DNA from: Neoechinorhynchus agilis | Taxonomy: Eukaryota > Animalia > Acanthocephala | Assembly: GCA_051530055.1 (NCBI GenBank) | Contig: CM121341.1 | Coordinates: 9,030,784-9,094,783, forward strand | Direction of reading: 5' to 3' | DNA: 64,000 nt | Shown: piece by piece, positions 63,195 through 64,000 of the stretch | Layout of the letters: each line of letters starts with the position of its first letter | Numbering within the stretch: position 1 is the first letter of the stretch | Notes under the pieces: generated by a model | The model's input: only the letters and a program-made list of their open reading frames with translations | Database searches by the model: none | Told to the model about the DNA's origin: nothing | Made by a program: the position numbers and the translations under genes

Positions 63195-64000
63195 TAGGCC
63201 GTTTTTAAAAACGTTAAAACGAAAAAGTCGATAAAATCGACGTAAAATAAATTGCAAAAATTTCCAAACAATGAGTTCAGTTATAAACTTAAAAGAAAGG
63301 AATTGTTGCAATGCTCCAACTCGTCCACCATTTTAGTTAACGATGAACGATTTAATACATTGAAACTCATTTTCGGAGAAATAAAACGTCAGAAAAGGAG
63401 AATCTCTTCTGAGACAAGGATTTCTCCTTTGAATCGATCTACAAAACATTGGCGAATTTAAAAAGAGAAACAAAACAAGAGAATAAGGCGACGTTTTAAA
63501 TCGTTAAAACGAAAAAGTCGATAAAATCAACTTAAAATCAATTGCAAATATTTCCGAATAATGAGTTCAGTTAAAAACTTAAAAGAAAGGAATTGTTGCA
63601 ATACTCCAACTCGTTTACCATTTTAGTTAACGATGAACGATTTAATACACTGAAACTCATTTTCGGAGAAATAAAACGTCAGAAAGGGAGAATCTCTTCT
63701 GAGACAAGGATTTCTCCTTTGAATCGATCTACAAAACATTGGCGAATTTAAAAAGAGAAACAAAACAAGAGAATAAGGCGACGTTTTTAAATCGTTAAAA
63801 CGAAAAAGTCGATAAAATCATCGTAAAATCAATTGCAAATATTTCCAAATAATGAGTTCAGTTAAAAACTTAAAAGAAACGAATTGTTGCAATGCTCCAA
63901 CTCGTCCACCATTTTCATTAACGATGAACGATTTAATACATTGAAACTCATTTTCGGAGAAATAAAACGTCAGAAAAGGAGAATCTCTTCTGAGACAAAG
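63195..64000. repeat. Tandem array D2, same ~290-bp family, runs off window end
   Basis: Units near-identical to 56175-57752, same orientation. Confidence 0.95.

Overview
AT-rich, compact animal genomic DNA. The FoxO gene and the axonemal-type dynein show it is metazoan. The mix of short GT-AG introns with AG-AC/AG-AT introns bounded by inverted repeats points to a fritillariid larvacean tunicate (inference). Genes, left to right: RPL36A, a Bacteroidetes-like fused trehalose-6-phosphate synthase/phosphatase, Elongin C-like, a POLR1D-isoform-2-like small protein, LCMT1, a motif-degenerate dynein heavy chain, an uncharacterised multi-exon gene, CCDC137, a Ras-family GTPase, NCAPG-like and FoxO. 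Also present are LINE and Gypsy remnants, at least six palindromic MITE-like elements and four other tandem-repeat families. Best finding: the 8.2-kb '131-bp satellite' at 39.55-47.76 kb looks like a spliced gene. Each unit parses as a length-constant 90-nt exon (consensus PQLMTRNVLNTTTNITATVDYATNTMYTFN) plus a length-variable non-canonical AG...AC micro-intron (mostly 41 or 20 nt). Exon substitutions are frequently synonymous in exactly that frame, and there are plausible first and last exons. All splice calls are predictions without RNA data, and some 1-nt indels look like long-read homopolymer errors.
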